This document shows, piece by piece, positions 1 through 11,310 of a stretch of DNA of 64,000 nt. Within the stretch, counting starts at the first letter, position 1, and each line of letters opens with the position of its first letter. The position numbers and the translations under genes were made by a program. Below the pieces are notes generated by a model. It searched no databases. It saw only the letters and a list, made by a program, of their open reading frames with translations, and was not told where the DNA came from. Source of the stretch: a bacterium (lineage in GTDB: Bacteria > Zhuqueibacterota > Zhuqueibacteria > Residuimicrobiales > Krinioviventaceae); NCBI GenBank assembly GCA_963675755.2, contig CAXXMD010000003.1:1504001-1568000 (forward strand), given 5' to 3'.

Positions 1-1542
1 GCAATTAGAGCGGCTTTTAAGGCAATTAATGATGGAAAGCAGGTAGCAGTACTTGTCCCTACAACTATATTAGCTCAACAGCATTTAAACACATTCAGTG
101 AAAGATTAAGACCTTTTCCTGTATCCGTGGATATGCTATCAAGATTCAGAACACCAAATCAGCAAAAGGCTATAATCGAAAAGGCATCAAAAGGGGAGCT
201 GGATCTGCTTGTGGGTACCCACCGGATATTATCTAAAGATATTAAATTAAAAAATCTGGGATTACTCATTATTGATGAAGAGCAGCGATTTGGTGTAATG
301 CACAAGGAAAAGCTCAAACTGCTCAAAGCGACGGTAGATACGCTTTCCATGTCAGCTACTCCAATTCCCAGGACAATGCACATGTCTTTGATGGGTGCTA
401 AGGACATGTCTTTGATTAATACGCCGCCTCAAAACCGGATACCGATCAAGACCGAAGTGGCCCGTTTTGATCGTGATTATATTCGTGAGATAATTTTAAA
501 AGAGATTGATCGTGGGGGACAGGTTTTCTTTGTTCACAACCGCGTTCAGTCGATTTATGGTATTTCTAATCTGGTACGGGAAATTGTACCCGAGGTGAGT
601 ATTGCCGTTGCTCACGGGCAAATGAAGGGACATGAATTGGAGAAAGTAATGATGGCTTTTTCCAGCGGTAAAGTACAATGCCTGGTTTGTACAATGATTA
701 TCGAATCAGGTATTGATATGCCTAATACAAATACCTTAATAATCAACAGGGCAGATAAGTTGGGTCTTGCACAATTGTACCAGCTTCGGGGACGCGTCGG
801 GCGTTCAGATTTGCAGGCATATGCATATTTATTGGTACCGCCATTGAGAAAATTATCTCAAACTGCTATTAAAAGATTACAAACTATACAGGAATTATCA
901 TATTTAGGATCCGGTTATAATGTTGCCATGCGAGACCTGGAAATCCGTGGAACCGGTAATATATTTGGTGCTCAACAAAGTGGATTTGTAGAAGCGTTGG
1001 GTTACGACGTTTATATGAAAATCATAGAAGAAGCCATCTATGAGTTGAAAAAAGAATTGAACATTGAGCAAAAGGAAAAGCGAGAACCTCTCTTTGATCC
1101 GCAAATCGAATTACGAATGGATGCATTTTTGCCGGACAAGTATATCATGAATCCATCAGAGCGAGTAGATATCTATCGCAGACTAGCCGAGGCGGATACA
1201 CCCAATGCCGTTCAGAATTTAGAAAAGGAGATCAAAGATCGTTTTGGTCCATTACCAGAACCGGCAAAAGTATTGGTAGATTATATATTGATAAAAATAT
1301 ATGCAGAACATGCGCTAATCAGTAAATTGAGATTATTACCAGATAAAATTTTTGGTCATTTTGCAACAGATTTTCTTCCAATTGGGGAACAATTCAGGGA
1401 ATGGTTTGGTAACATTGTAGCAAAGTCAGCCTATAAATTTGAACTGAAACAAACATCAAAAGATCTTTATTTTGAGATCAAAACCTCTCCAAAAGAGGAC
1501 CAATTAAAAACAGCTAAAAACTTCTTGCAATCTATTCAGTAA
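1..1542 (+). CDS. mfd: Transcription-repair coupling factor, C-terminal part (5' end outside window)
   Basis: Frame is open from base 1 (AIRAAFKAINDGKQVAVLVPTTILAQQH...). Has DEEQRFGV, SATPIPRT, QLYQLRGRVGRS, MRDLEIRG motifs and a C-terminal TRCF domain. Confidence 0.97.
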   Translation, partial: AIRAAFKAINDGKQVAVLVPTTILAQQHLNTFSERLRPFPVSVDMLSRFRTPNQQKAIIEKASKGELDLLVGTHRILSKDIKLKNLGLLIIDEEQRFGVMHKEKLKLLKATVDTLSMSATPIPRTMHMSLMGAKDMSLINTPPQNRIPIKTEVARFDRDYIREIILKEIDRGGQVFFVHNRVQSIYGISNLVREIVPEVSIAVAHGQMKGHELEKVMMAFSSGKVQCLVCTMIIESGIDMPNTNTLIINRADKLGLAQLYQLRGRVGRSDLQAYAYLLVPPLRKLSQTAIKRLQTIQELSYLGSGYNVAMRDLEIRGTGNIFGAQQSGFVEALGYDVYMKIIEEAIYELKKELNIEQKEKREPLFDPQIELRMDAFLPDKYIMNPSERVDIYRRLAEADTPNAVQNLEKEIKDRFGPLPEPAKVLVDYILIKIYAEHALISKLRLLPDKIFGHFATDFLPIGEQFREWFGNIVAKSAYKFELKQTSKDLYFEIKTSPKEDQLKTAKNFLQSIQ

Positions 1543-1598
1543 ATGGCTAACTTGTTAATTACTATAAATCAAAAGGATAGGTCAATTCTACCGAGGCG

Positions 1599-3302
1599 TT
1601 GATGAAAGGTAATAAAATAATCTTGATACTTTTGCTTGTTATTGCAGGTTGCTCAAACTTGACAGAAAACAAGATCATTGCCCGGGTGGGTAACCGACCC
1701 GTATATGTTAAAGATTTTAAGGATTATGTTTATAAAAATACCAAACCCGCACAGTTCCTGAATATTACAGAAGCCGACCTGCAAAAGCAATTGCAAATTG
1801 TTATTGATAACAAACGCAAATTAACCGAAGCATACGAAAATAATCTGGATAATGATTCTACAATTATATCCAAAGTAGATCAAACCTTTAAAAATGTTTT
1901 ACACAATTATGTAATAACAAAAAATGTTGTGGATCCGGTAATACCCGAACAGGAATACAGAACAAGATATGACAGAATGTCGAGAGAAGTTAAGGGAAGA
2001 CATATTTTTATACCAGCCTCAAAAGATTCAATCAAGAATCTTCAATCTGTAAAAATATTGGATTCATTGAAATCTGAAATTATTAAAGGCGCGGATTTTG
2101 AACTGTTGGCCCGCAAGTTTTCTCAAGATTCTTTAACTGCTGGCAAGGGTGGAAATTTGGGCTTTGTTAAATGGCCTGTTCAGGAATGGGGAATAGAGTT
2201 TTCTAATGAATTATTTTCCCTGAGTAAAGGAGAGGTTTCTCCTGTTATCACTACTCAAAAGGGATATCATATATTGAACCTTGTGGAAGACAGATCTATT
2301 TCAGTTGTTCCATATGATTATATGCGTGAAATGATACAAAAAGGATTTTTTCGGGAAAAGGCCCGCCAATTGTCACAAACGTATCAGGAGTGGATTAAAA
2401 AACTGGAAGCAGATTATCACATGCAAATGGTTGATGAAAATATTGATTATTTTTGTGAGACGACCCAAAAACTGATAAAAAACCATGATGATGATAATTT
2501 TGATTTTGATATTCAACGTGTTAAAGACCAGTTTGATACAACACGGGTAATGGTTAAATATGATTCGGGTGTATATACACTGGATCAATATTTTAATGAT
2601 ATTAAAAATATGTTTATAGACTCTACCCCGTCTCATTTTGAAAGGGATAAAGTTTTAAATACTTTGGAAACGCTGGTAATTAGACAATTGATCCCAAAAT
2701 ACGCATTAGATAATAAATATCAATTAAAACGAGAATTAAAGGAACAAAAGCAGAATATAAAACATAAATATATGATAGATCTTTTGGAAACAAAATGTGT
2801 GGATGAACAAATACCTGACAGTGAATATAAAAAGTACTATGATGAAAATATTAATGAATATAATAATATTTCCAGATATCATGTTCAGGAAATTTTAGTA
2901 AGCAATAAAAAATTGGCAGAATCACTTTATGAACAAATAAAGAATGGAGCAGATTTTGGAGAGCTTGCTAAAAGATATACCGAGCGTAAAGAATATCTGA
3001 GAACAACCGGTGATTTGGGCATGATTTCAGATAAACATTTTGGTATTGTTGGCAAGACCGCATCGACCATGAAAAAAGGAGAGCTCTCAAAACCTGTAAA
3101 AAATGGCAATGCTTATTCTATTATCAAACTCGATGATTTAGAAGAGGGCGGTAAAGTAAAATGGGAAAATCTGGTTCCATATGCTAAAATTAAAGTTCAG
3201 AATAAATATGCCACCGAAAAAAGAAAAGAATGGCGTGAAAAACTAGATAATAAGTATAAAGTTGTTATCTATGAAAAAGAATTGAAACCGTTTATAATAT
3301 AG
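1599..3302 (+). CDS. Parvulin-type peptidyl-prolyl isomerase lipoprotein with two PpiC domains
   Basis: Lipobox-like VIAGC; two rotamase motifs (GADFELLARKFSQD..GGNLGF and GADFGELAKRY..GDLGM). Confidence 0.85.
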   Translation: MMKGNKIILILLLVIAGCSNLTENKIIARVGNRPVYVKDFKDYVYKNTKPAQFLNITEADLQKQLQIVIDNKRKLTEAYENNLDNDSTIISKVDQTFKNVLHNYVITKNVVDPVIPEQEYRTRYDRMSREVKGRHIFIPASKDSIKNLQSVKILDSLKSEIIKGADFELLARKFSQDSLTAGKGGNLGFVKWPVQEWGIEFSNELFSLSKGEVSPVITTQKGYHILNLVEDRSISVVPYDYMREMIQKGFFREKARQLSQTYQEWIKKLEADYHMQMVDENIDYFCETTQKLIKNHDDDNFDFDIQRVKDQFDTTRVMVKYDSGVYTLDQYFNDIKNMFIDSTPSHFERDKVLNTLETLVIRQLIPKYALDNKYQLKRELKEQKQNIKHKYMIDLLETKCVDEQIPDSEYKKYYDENINEYNNISRYHVQEILVSNKKLAESLYEQIKNGADFGELAKRYTERKEYLRTTGDLGMISDKHFGIVGKTASTMKKGELSKPVKNGNAYSIIKLDDLEEGGKVKWENLVPYAKIKVQNKYATEKRKEWREKLDNKYKVVIYEKELKPFII

Positions 3303-3316
3303 GATATATTGATTTC

Positions 3317-4159
3317 ATGTTAAAAAAAGGACTGCTAATCCTATTATTGTTGTTTGCTGCATGTGCAAAAGACAATAAACCGGATTCACCTGTAATTGCG
3401 CGAGTAGGAGATCAGGTTTTTACTGTTAATGATTTAAAAAAAGTTATTCCAAATGACCCGGATTTTCAATTATCAGAAATTCAACTACAGAATTATGTTA
3501 AAAAATGGATAGAAATGGAACTCTGGTATGCAGAGTTGCAGGAATACAAATTTGATGAAAACCCGGAATTCGAAAAAGATATTCGCAAAGCTGTTCGTGA
3601 TTTAATGGTATCGAAATACATTACTGAAAAGATAGACAAAGGTCTTGAAGTAACCGAAGAAGAAATTAAAGAATATTATGAACAGCATTCTCAGGAATTT
3701 GTAAGGCCAAATGACTATTACAAAGTGAGACTTGTTCTGGTGAAAACATACAGGGAAGCGGAAGAAATTCGTGCTAAACTGGTTAAAGGTGAATCATTTG
3801 CTACATTGGCCAGAGAAAATTCGCTTGATGAGAGTAAAGAAAATAATGGTGAATTGGGTTGGGTAACTCTTGAACAACTTCCGGAAGTAATAGTAAACCG
3901 TTTACCCAGAATGCGCCAAAACAGGATTGAAAATATAAAATCAATACACGGATATTATCTTGTGGAATTGCTGGAAAAACGCAACAAGGGAGATGTTCAA
4001 ACACTAGAAGAAGTTAAAGACATGATTTCCTGGCGATTAATGGCCTGGAAACGGGAAAATAAATATAAACGATATGTAACCTATCTTGGTGAAAATGCGC
4101 AGGTAGAAGCAAAGTGGGAACTGATACAGGAAACCATGAACAGTACCCGGCCACAATAA
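3317..4159 (+). CDS. Parvulin-type PPIase lipoprotein (PrsA/PpiC-like)
   Basis: Lipobox FAAC; GESFATLARENSLDESKENNGELGW rotamase motif. Confidence 0.85.
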   Translation: MLKKGLLILLLLFAACAKDNKPDSPVIARVGDQVFTVNDLKKVIPNDPDFQLSEIQLQNYVKKWIEMELWYAELQEYKFDENPEFEKDIRKAVRDLMVSKYITEKIDKGLEVTEEEIKEYYEQHSQEFVRPNDYYKVRLVLVKTYREAEEIRAKLVKGESFATLARENSLDESKENNGELGWVTLEQLPEVIVNRLPRMRQNRIENIKSIHGYYLVELLEKRNKGDVQTLEEVKDMISWRLMAWKRENKYKRYVTYLGENAQVEAKWELIQETMNSTRPQ

Positions 4160-4174
4160 AAGAGGTGAAAAAGA

Positions 4175-5482
4175 ATGAGATTGAGCTTTATTAAATCAGG
4201 AATTATTTTATTATTTGTTATTACATACAGCCAATTGTCAGCACAGCAGGTTTTGGATCGTATGATTGCTATTGTTGACGATGATATTATTCTAGAATCA
4301 CAGGTTACCCAGGGTGCTTATTATGCAGCATTACAAATGGGTATTGATCCTGCAAAGAATCCTCAGGATTTTCAGGATTTAAAACAACAGACTTTAAAAT
4401 CATTGATTAACAAGGAATTGATGCTCATACAGGCCGATAAAGATACGGTAATTGCTGATGAACGTCAGGTTGACACTTATTTGCAACAGGATCTTCAGCG
4501 AGTAACCCAGCAGGTTGGAGGAGAAGATAAAATTGAAGAGTCTCTGGGTATGCCCATGTCAAAATTTCGTCGTACAAGACGCCAGGAAATAGAAAAAGAA
4601 ATGCGCGTCAGTATGGTAAGGGAACAAAAATTTGCCAATTTAAAGGTCTCCAGTCGCGAAGTTAAAGAGTTTTATAATGCGAAAAAAGATTCATTAGGAA
4701 CCGTACAGGAAACAGTAGATATAAGCCATATTCTGGTTACACCAAAACCCGGTAAAGAATCCCGTGAAAATGCTTTAAAACGGGCCCAGGCAGTACGAGA
4801 ATTGGTTGTAGATAAAGGTTATGATTTTGCTGAAATGGCTAAAGAATATTCCGAAGATCCTGGTTCTGCTCAAAAAGGTGGAGATTTGGGATTTGTTTCA
4901 CGTTCCACGTTGGTAAGAGAATATGCTGAAGCAGCGTCCAGGCTTGAACCGGGCGAATTTTCTCAAATTGTAGAGTCTCAGTTTGGTTTTCATATTATAA
5001 AATTGATTGAAAAACGCGGCGAAAAGATCCATACTCAACATATCCTGATATCGATCAAACCCACAGAAAAAGATGAAATGGATACTGTGGAATTGATTAA
5101 AAAAATCCATTCAGAACTTGAGAATGGAGCCGATTTTGAAAAACTTGTAAAAGAATATTCTGAAGATGAATCATCCAATAAACAAGATGGACATCTGGGT
5201 CGTTTTGAAATTGATCAATTGAAACAAATGGCCAAAGAATTCAGTTATGGAATTGAAAATGTTCAACCCGGTGAATACTCTGATCCTATTAAAACACAGT
5301 TTGGTTACCATGTAATCAAAGTGAATTCAAGAGAAAAAGCCAGAGAATATGACCTCAACAAAGACTGGGATATGATTGAGGGAATGGCACTTGAATATAA
5401 AAAACAGCTGGAATATCAGGAATGGCTGAACAGGATCAAAAAAGACATATATCTCGAAGTTAAAGAGCCATATACATTATAA
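4175..5482 (+). CDS. surA: SurA-like periplasmic chaperone/PPIase
   Basis: Signal peptide; SurA N-domain (LDRMIAIVDDDIILES); two PpiC domains (FAEMAKEYSEDPGSAQKGGDLGF). Confidence 0.8.
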   Translation: MRLSFIKSGIILLFVITYSQLSAQQVLDRMIAIVDDDIILESQVTQGAYYAALQMGIDPAKNPQDFQDLKQQTLKSLINKELMLIQADKDTVIADERQVDTYLQQDLQRVTQQVGGEDKIEESLGMPMSKFRRTRRQEIEKEMRVSMVREQKFANLKVSSREVKEFYNAKKDSLGTVQETVDISHILVTPKPGKESRENALKRAQAVRELVVDKGYDFAEMAKEYSEDPGSAQKGGDLGFVSRSTLVREYAEAASRLEPGEFSQIVESQFGFHIIKLIEKRGEKIHTQHILISIKPTEKDEMDTVELIKKIHSELENGADFEKLVKEYSEDESSNKQDGHLGRFEIDQLKQMAKEFSYGIENVQPGEYSDPIKTQFGYHVIKVNSREKAREYDLNKDWDMIEGMALEYKKQLEYQEWLNRIKKDIYLEVKEPYTL

Positions 5483-5486
5483 TGTA

Positions 5487-6158
5487 GTGAATAAAAAAAG
5501 TATATACATATTATTATTGTGTATCGGATTTGTTATACACAACTATTCTTTTGCCCAAACTAAAGAAAATGCGTTTACCATTGCCAGATTAAAATACTCG
5601 GGTGGGGGCGACTGGTATAATAATCCATCATGTATACCCAATTTATTAACATTTCTGTCAGAGAATACAAATCTCAATACAGCTGATGATGAAGTACGCC
5701 TTGGCATAATGGATGAGACCCTATTCTCATACCCAGTACTTTTTATGACCGGACATGGAAGAATTAATTTTACACCTATCGAAGTAAAAAGGCTTAGGGA
5801 TTATTTAACAGGTGGGGGCTTTCTTTATGCGGATGATGATTATGGAATGGATGTCCATTTCAAGCGGGAAATAGCCAAAGTTTTTCCGGACCATGAATTG
5901 GTAGAGATTCCCTTTTCTCACGGTATTTTTCACAGTCACTATGATTTTAATGGACTACCCAAGATCCATGAATTTGATGGCGGGCCGCCAAAAGCGTATG
6001 GGATATTTTATAATAATAGACTGGTCGTCTTTTATTCTGCGAATACAAATATCTCTGATGGTTGGGCAGACCCGCAGGTACATGGTGATTCTCCAATAAT
6101 CCGGGAAACGGCATTAAAAATGGGCTTGAATATTATCATTTACGCATTGTTGAACTGA
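5487..6158 (+). CDS. DUF4159 family protein
   Basis: ARLKYSGGGDWY, MTGHG, YLTGGGFLYADD and DGW motifs; signal peptide; GTG start. Confidence 0.8.
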   Translation: MNKKSIYILLLCIGFVIHNYSFAQTKENAFTIARLKYSGGGDWYNNPSCIPNLLTFLSENTNLNTADDEVRLGIMDETLFSYPVLFMTGHGRINFTPIEVKRLRDYLTGGGFLYADDDYGMDVHFKREIAKVFPDHELVEIPFSHGIFHSHYDFNGLPKIHEFDGGPPKAYGIFYNNRLVVFYSANTNISDGWADPQVHGDSPIIRETALKMGLNIIIYALLN

Positions 6159-9100
6159 TGAACAACCATAAATCCACATATATACAGTTACAGAAAAAAC
6201 TAGAACTTTTTCGCTCTGCTGAAAAGCGGTTTTTTTTATATAAAAGACTGCTCAAGCTTTTATTGGTTATTTCACCTTTGTCGGTTTTATTAACATTTAT
6301 AGAAATGACAATGGATCTCTCTGTAAATGTACGATTAGCTTTAATATTGAGTTTTATTGGGATTGTTATACTTGGCTTTATTGGGATTTTATATAAACCG
6401 GTTTATTTACTGCTAAAAAAAGATCAACCTACATTAAACGAGATTGCTTTAAAAGTAGGTAGTCATTTTAAATCTGTTGATGATCGGTTGGCAAACGCAC
6501 TGCAATTGTTTCAACGTTATCATAATGATGATCGTTATTCCATTTCATTAATTAATGAAGCAATAAGTTCTGTTGAAGCAGATGTTGCGGACCAGGATTT
6601 TTATCCCTTGGTAAATAAAAAACCATTTTTCAAAATTTTCAAAACCACAGCCATAGTTTTATCTGTAATTGTTTTGTTGTTGATCTTGAAATTACCTGCT
6701 GTTGGTTCTGCCATAACCCAATTGCTTCATCCAAAACAGGATATGGATACCAATCGGATAACGTTTGAGGTGTTTCCCGGAAACACACGCATCGTTGAAG
6801 ATTCTGCGTTTGATATAAAGGTTTGGGTCTCCGATAGTACCTTGCAAACACTGGACTTGAAATATACAGGTCAATCTCCCATAACACTTGAAAAATCGCC
6901 TGATGATACTTTTAGATACCAGATTGATAAAGTATATGAATCATTTACCTATCAATTTATGTCCAAAGAACAGGTTTCCCCGGAATTTTCAGTTGATGTT
7001 CAGGAACGCCCTTTATTAAGAAATATTTCTGTAACCGTAACACCTCCGGCATATTCAGGCATTGAAAAATACGCCCTTGAAGATAATGTAGGGGATGTCA
7101 GTGCATTAAAAGGCTCACGAATAAACATAGTCGGGAATCCCAATAAAGAACTGGACACGGTTAAGGTAGAGTTTTCGGACAATGCACTTTATATGGATAA
7201 AAAGAATGACAAAGTATATATAGAGTTTCCCATGATAAAAAGCGATATTTATCGCTTTTACCTGACAGACATGTATGGTTTTTCCAGCATCAATCCCATT
7301 AATTATACTTTACAAGTTATTCCTGATCAGTATCCGGTTGTGAGAATCATTCAACCCGGTAAAGATATTGATTTAGGAGAGGAAATGCTTATTCCACTCA
7401 TTATCGATGCGCAGGACGATTATGGATTCAGCAAAATTTCAATAGCTTATCAGGTGATTTCTGCTGAAATGGAACCCGATTCTAACCGATATGTTCATCA
7501 GGAGCTTGTAGATTTAGAATACGAGCAGAAAATGCGGGTTGCACTTAATTGGGACCTTTCCGAATCTGATATGCTGCCAACTGAGGTAGTGGTCTATTAT
7601 GTAGAAGCCTGGGATAATGATACTGTAACCGGCCCCAAACGTTCTGTATCCAAAACATATCGGGCACGTTTCCCCTCCATGTTTGAAATGTATGAAGAAA
7701 TAACTTCTACTCAGGATGAAGCCATTCGTGAAATGGAAGATGCTTATGAGAAATCCCAGGAATTTAAGGAAAAGATAGACGAGTTGTCCCGAGAAATGCA
7801 GCGGGAAAAGGATCTCGACTGGGAGCGCCAGCAGGAAACAGAACAAGCAATTCAACAGAGAGAAGAAATCAACCAAAAATTAAAAGAGCTTGAGAAAAAT
7901 CTTGAAGAAATGGTTGATAAAATGGAAGAAAATGATCTTGTTTCTTCTGAAACCCTGAAAAAGTACCAGGAATTGCAGGAACTGTACAAAGATATCATGA
8001 CGCCTGAACTTGAAAATCTGATGAAACAAATGTCAGAGTCTTTGCAGAATGTTGACCAGAATATGCTGAAAAAAGCCATGGAAGAGTTTAAAATGACAGA
8101 AGACCAGATGTCGAAAAATCTGGACAGGACCATTAATCTGTTAAAACGCTTGAAAATGGAGCAGCAACTGGATCAGGCAATAAAAATGGCAAATGATATT
8201 GCGGAACGTCAGCAGAATTTGGAAAACAAACAGACTGATGACAAAAATCGTCTTTCCAAAGAACAAAGCAATATCAATAAAGATAAAGAAGCCATGACCG
8301 AAGCGTTAAAAGAACTGCGTAAGGAAATGGAAGAACAACCTCAAATGCCTCTTGATCAGATGGATAAAGCTTTGAGTGATCTTGAATCTGATAGTCTGGA
8401 CCAGGCTTTTAACCAGATGCAGGAAATGATCAACAGCGGCCAGATGGAGAATTTTTCTCAGCAGTCACAAAAAGTACAGCAGAAAATGGAATCCGTTGCA
8501 CAGCAGTTACAGCAAGCCAAAGATAATATGAATGGCACCATGCAGCGCCAAGCCATGATGGCGATGAAACGCAACATCCGTCAGTTATTAGAGTTATCTC
8601 TTGATCAGGAAGACCTGATGATGGAAACGGATGAGCTGCCATCAAATACCTCCAATATACAGGGAATTGCGGATCGTCAAAATAATATGTCTAGTGGATT
8701 GTCCCGTGTTATTAACAGTATATTTGAATTGTCGAAAGAAACCATGTCCATGAATTCGCAGATGCAGGCTACATTAGGAAATGCATCCATGAATATGCAG
8801 GATGCCCTTGTTGCTATGGAAAACCGAAATAATAAACTGGCATCCCGAAACCAGGCAGAAGCCATGAAATCCATCAACAGTGCAATATTGCAAATGCAGC
8901 AATCCATGCAGAATATGATGCAAAACGCATCGGGCAGTGGTATGAGTTTTGAGCAGTTTATGCAGCAAATGCAAAAAATGGCCCAGGGTCAGCAGCAGTT
9001 GAATCAGATGACACAGCAGTTGGGTATGGGGCAGCAAATGTCTCAGGCACAACAGGCCCAGATGGCAAGAATGGCTGCAGAACAGGAACGCTTGCGCAAA

Positions 9101-9496
9101 TCCATGGAACAGTTGGCCCAGGAAGCCGGCGGCATGAAAGAAGTCATGGGTGATCTAGACAATATAGCTAAAGATATGAAAGAAGTAGAAAAAGATTTCA
9201 ATAGTCAGAATATCAGCCGCGAAACCTTGCAGCGGCAGAACCGCATCTTGTCGCGTATGCTTGATGCACAACGCTCAATTCGTCAGCGTGAATACAGTCG
9301 CAAACGCAAAGCGGAAAGTGGTAAAAACTATATGGCTGACAGTCCACCAGAGCTGCCACAGGATATGGGCGAGCGTAAATCTCTGTTACAGCAAGAGTTG
9401 TTGAACGCAAAACAGCAGGGTTTTTCACAGGATTACCTGGAACTGATCAAACAGTATTTTGAAGCACTAACTGAACAGGAACAGGACAGCCAATGA
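6158..9496 (+). CDS. DUF4175-like membrane protein with a long Gln/Met-rich coiled-coil C-terminus
   Basis: N-terminal TM helices, DDRLANALQL, AQDDYGFSK, YYVEAWDND; C-terminal ILSRMLDA..S.R.RE...KR and Y.ELIKQYFEAL; follows DUF4159. Confidence 0.7.
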   Translation: MNNHKSTYIQLQKKLELFRSAEKRFFLYKRLLKLLLVISPLSVLLTFIEMTMDLSVNVRLALILSFIGIVILGFIGILYKPVYLLLKKDQPTLNEIALKVGSHFKSVDDRLANALQLFQRYHNDDRYSISLINEAISSVEADVADQDFYPLVNKKPFFKIFKTTAIVLSVIVLLLILKLPAVGSAITQLLHPKQDMDTNRITFEVFPGNTRIVEDSAFDIKVWVSDSTLQTLDLKYTGQSPITLEKSPDDTFRYQIDKVYESFTYQFMSKEQVSPEFSVDVQERPLLRNISVTVTPPAYSGIEKYALEDNVGDVSALKGSRINIVGNPNKELDTVKVEFSDNALYMDKKNDKVYIEFPMIKSDIYRFYLTDMYGFSSINPINYTLQVIPDQYPVVRIIQPGKDIDLGEEMLIPLIIDAQDDYGFSKISIAYQVISAEMEPDSNRYVHQELVDLEYEQKMRVALNWDLSESDMLPTEVVVYYVEAWDNDTVTGPKRSVSKTYRARFPSMFEMYEEITSTQDEAIREMEDAYEKSQEFKEKIDELSREMQREKDLDWERQQETEQAIQQREEINQKLKELEKNLEEMVDKMEENDLVSSETLKKYQELQELYKDIMTPELENLMKQMSESLQNVDQNMLKKAMEEFKMTEDQMSKNLDRTINLLKRLKMEQQLDQAIKMANDIAERQQNLENKQTDDKNRLSKEQSNINKDKEAMTEALKELRKEMEEQPQMPLDQMDKALSDLESDSLDQAFNQMQEMINSGQMENFSQQSQKVQQKMESVAQQLQQAKDNMNGTMQRQAMMAMKRNIRQLLELSLDQEDLMMETDELPSNTSNIQGIADRQNNMSSGLSRVINSIFELSKETMSMNSQMQATLGNASMNMQDALVAMENRNNKLASRNQAEAMKSINSAILQMQQSMQNMMQNASGSGMSFEQFMQQMQKMAQGQQQLNQMTQQLGMGQQMSQAQQAQMARMAAEQERLRKSMEQLAQEAGGMKEVMGDLDNIAKDMKEVEKDFNSQNISRETLQRQNRILSRMLDAQRSIRQREYSRKRKAESGKNYMADSPPELPQDMGERKSLLQQELLNAKQQGFSQDYLELIKQYFEALTEQEQDSQ

Positions 9497-11310
9497 AAAG
9501 ATCATTAAAAGTATTATTTATTATATTATTGGCTGCTGTTTCTCTTTGGTCCCAAAATCAGCAAACCCCGCTCGATTTACAACAACGCCAGATCAAGCGT
9601 ATGGCATCCGAGTTTGAAAGAAACGGTCAAACAGAGCAGGCTGCCGATATTTATTATATGCTAAGCATGGAAAATCCTTTAGATATCTCAAGCTATGCAG
9701 GTGCCAAGCGTACAATGCTCAAGCTTCAGCAATTTGATCGATTTAAAAGTCTGGTACTAGAACTGCAAAAAGAACGGCGTGATTTGAGGTATCAGGTAGA
9801 TCTTGCGGAAGTAGAGTTTTTAACAGGAAATACTCGTGACGCCAAAAAAAGATGGGATGAGATTTTAGACAATAATGCGATGACACATTCCAGTTATGCT
9901 TTGGTTGGTCAGGCATTAACTGCTCATGGACTGGTAGATGATGCAGTTGATTGCTATTTAAAGGGAAGAAAAAAGCTCAAAGACGATAGATTGTTTATTT
10001 TTGAGCTATCATCTCTGTATGTACATCGTGCTGAATATGACAAAGCAACCAAAGAGTATATTGCATATATTGAAACCAATCCCAAACAGTTTCATTTTAT
10101 TGATACACGTTTTGCCAATATGGAAAAGAATGATGATAGCTATAAAGACATAGTAAATACATTGGAACATGCACTAAAAGAAAAACCCAAATTGGGTTTG
10201 GAACTGCATCAGATTTTGGGCAATGTATATTCAAGAAATACACAATATGAAAAGGCCCTGGAACAGTTTATTGCCATGGAAGATACGCTGCAAAACCGTA
10301 ATGACAGCCGTATTGGTTTATATCTGTATCAATTTGCCACGCTGACTGCCAAAGACAGTGTGTTAGATATTTCCCAAACTGCTTTTGAAACGCTATTAAA
10401 AGATTATCCCAAAAGTGAATACAGTCATCGTGCAAGACTGGGATTTGCGTTAATCCTTGAACAAAAAGGAATGTTTAGGGAGGCAATTCAATCTTATGAG
10501 GCGTTTGCAAAACAATTTCCAAAAGCGCCCGAAGCTCAAGATGCTCTTGAAAAAAGCGGAGATATTTACTTTAATCGATTGAACGATCATAACCAGGCCA
10601 GAAAGATTTATAAACAATTTGAGAAAAAATATCCACGGTCTCCCAGAATCGTTGATATTTACTTTAAACTGGCCGAGTGTGAAATACTAAGCAATGATCT
10701 AAACAGTGCTAAAGGTTTTTACAGGCATATTATACAAAAGCAAAAAAGTAAAAAAGATATATATTATAAAAAAGCGCTCTATGCTATGGCTAATGCTAAT
10801 TTTATGGGTGGATATCCAAAAGAGAGTGCTGAATTTCTTAAAGAGTATTTTGATAATAAAATCCGTGACAATCAACCCGATCTATATGAGAACGATGCGT
10901 TAGAATTGAATATGCTGTTGCAGGAAAACAGTATGGATTCCACCGGGTTGGTCATCTTTGGCAAAGCCAGTCTATTGTATCATCAAAACAAGCTTGATCA
11001 GAGCGATTCTCTTTTATCCGATTATATTAAAAATACACCGGATACGCCATTATTGGATGCTATTAACTGGTTCAGAGCTCAAATATATATTGAAAAGCAA
11101 ATGTATGATGATGCAATTGTCTTGTTACAACAAATGTATGAAAATGAAGACAATTTATACAGAGATAAAGCCTTGTATAATATGGCCGGTCTGTATCAAA
11201 CCAAACTGGACCAAAAAGAAAAAGCCAAAGAATTATATGAATCTTTGCTGGTAAATTTCCCATCAAGTATTTATATTGAAGATACGAGAAAAAAAGTAAG
11301 AAATTTATAA
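9493..11310 (+). CDS. Secreted tetratricopeptide-repeat protein
   Basis: Signal peptide; many TPR-like repeats (LLKDYPKSEYSHRARLGFA, LLVNFPSSIY). Confidence 0.8.
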   Translation: MKRSLKVLFIILLAAVSLWSQNQQTPLDLQQRQIKRMASEFERNGQTEQAADIYYMLSMENPLDISSYAGAKRTMLKLQQFDRFKSLVLELQKERRDLRYQVDLAEVEFLTGNTRDAKKRWDEILDNNAMTHSSYALVGQALTAHGLVDDAVDCYLKGRKKLKDDRLFIFELSSLYVHRAEYDKATKEYIAYIETNPKQFHFIDTRFANMEKNDDSYKDIVNTLEHALKEKPKLGLELHQILGNVYSRNTQYEKALEQFIAMEDTLQNRNDSRIGLYLYQFATLTAKDSVLDISQTAFETLLKDYPKSEYSHRARLGFALILEQKGMFREAIQSYEAFAKQFPKAPEAQDALEKSGDIYFNRLNDHNQARKIYKQFEKKYPRSPRIVDIYFKLAECEILSNDLNSAKGFYRHIIQKQKSKKDIYYKKALYAMANANFMGGYPKESAEFLKEYFDNKIRDNQPDLYENDALELNMLLQENSMDSTGLVIFGKASLLYHQNKLDQSDSLLSDYIKNTPDTPLLDAINWFRAQIYIEKQMYDDAIVLLQQMYENEDNLYRDKALYNMAGLYQTKLDQKEKAKELYESLLVNFPSSIYIEDTRKKVRNL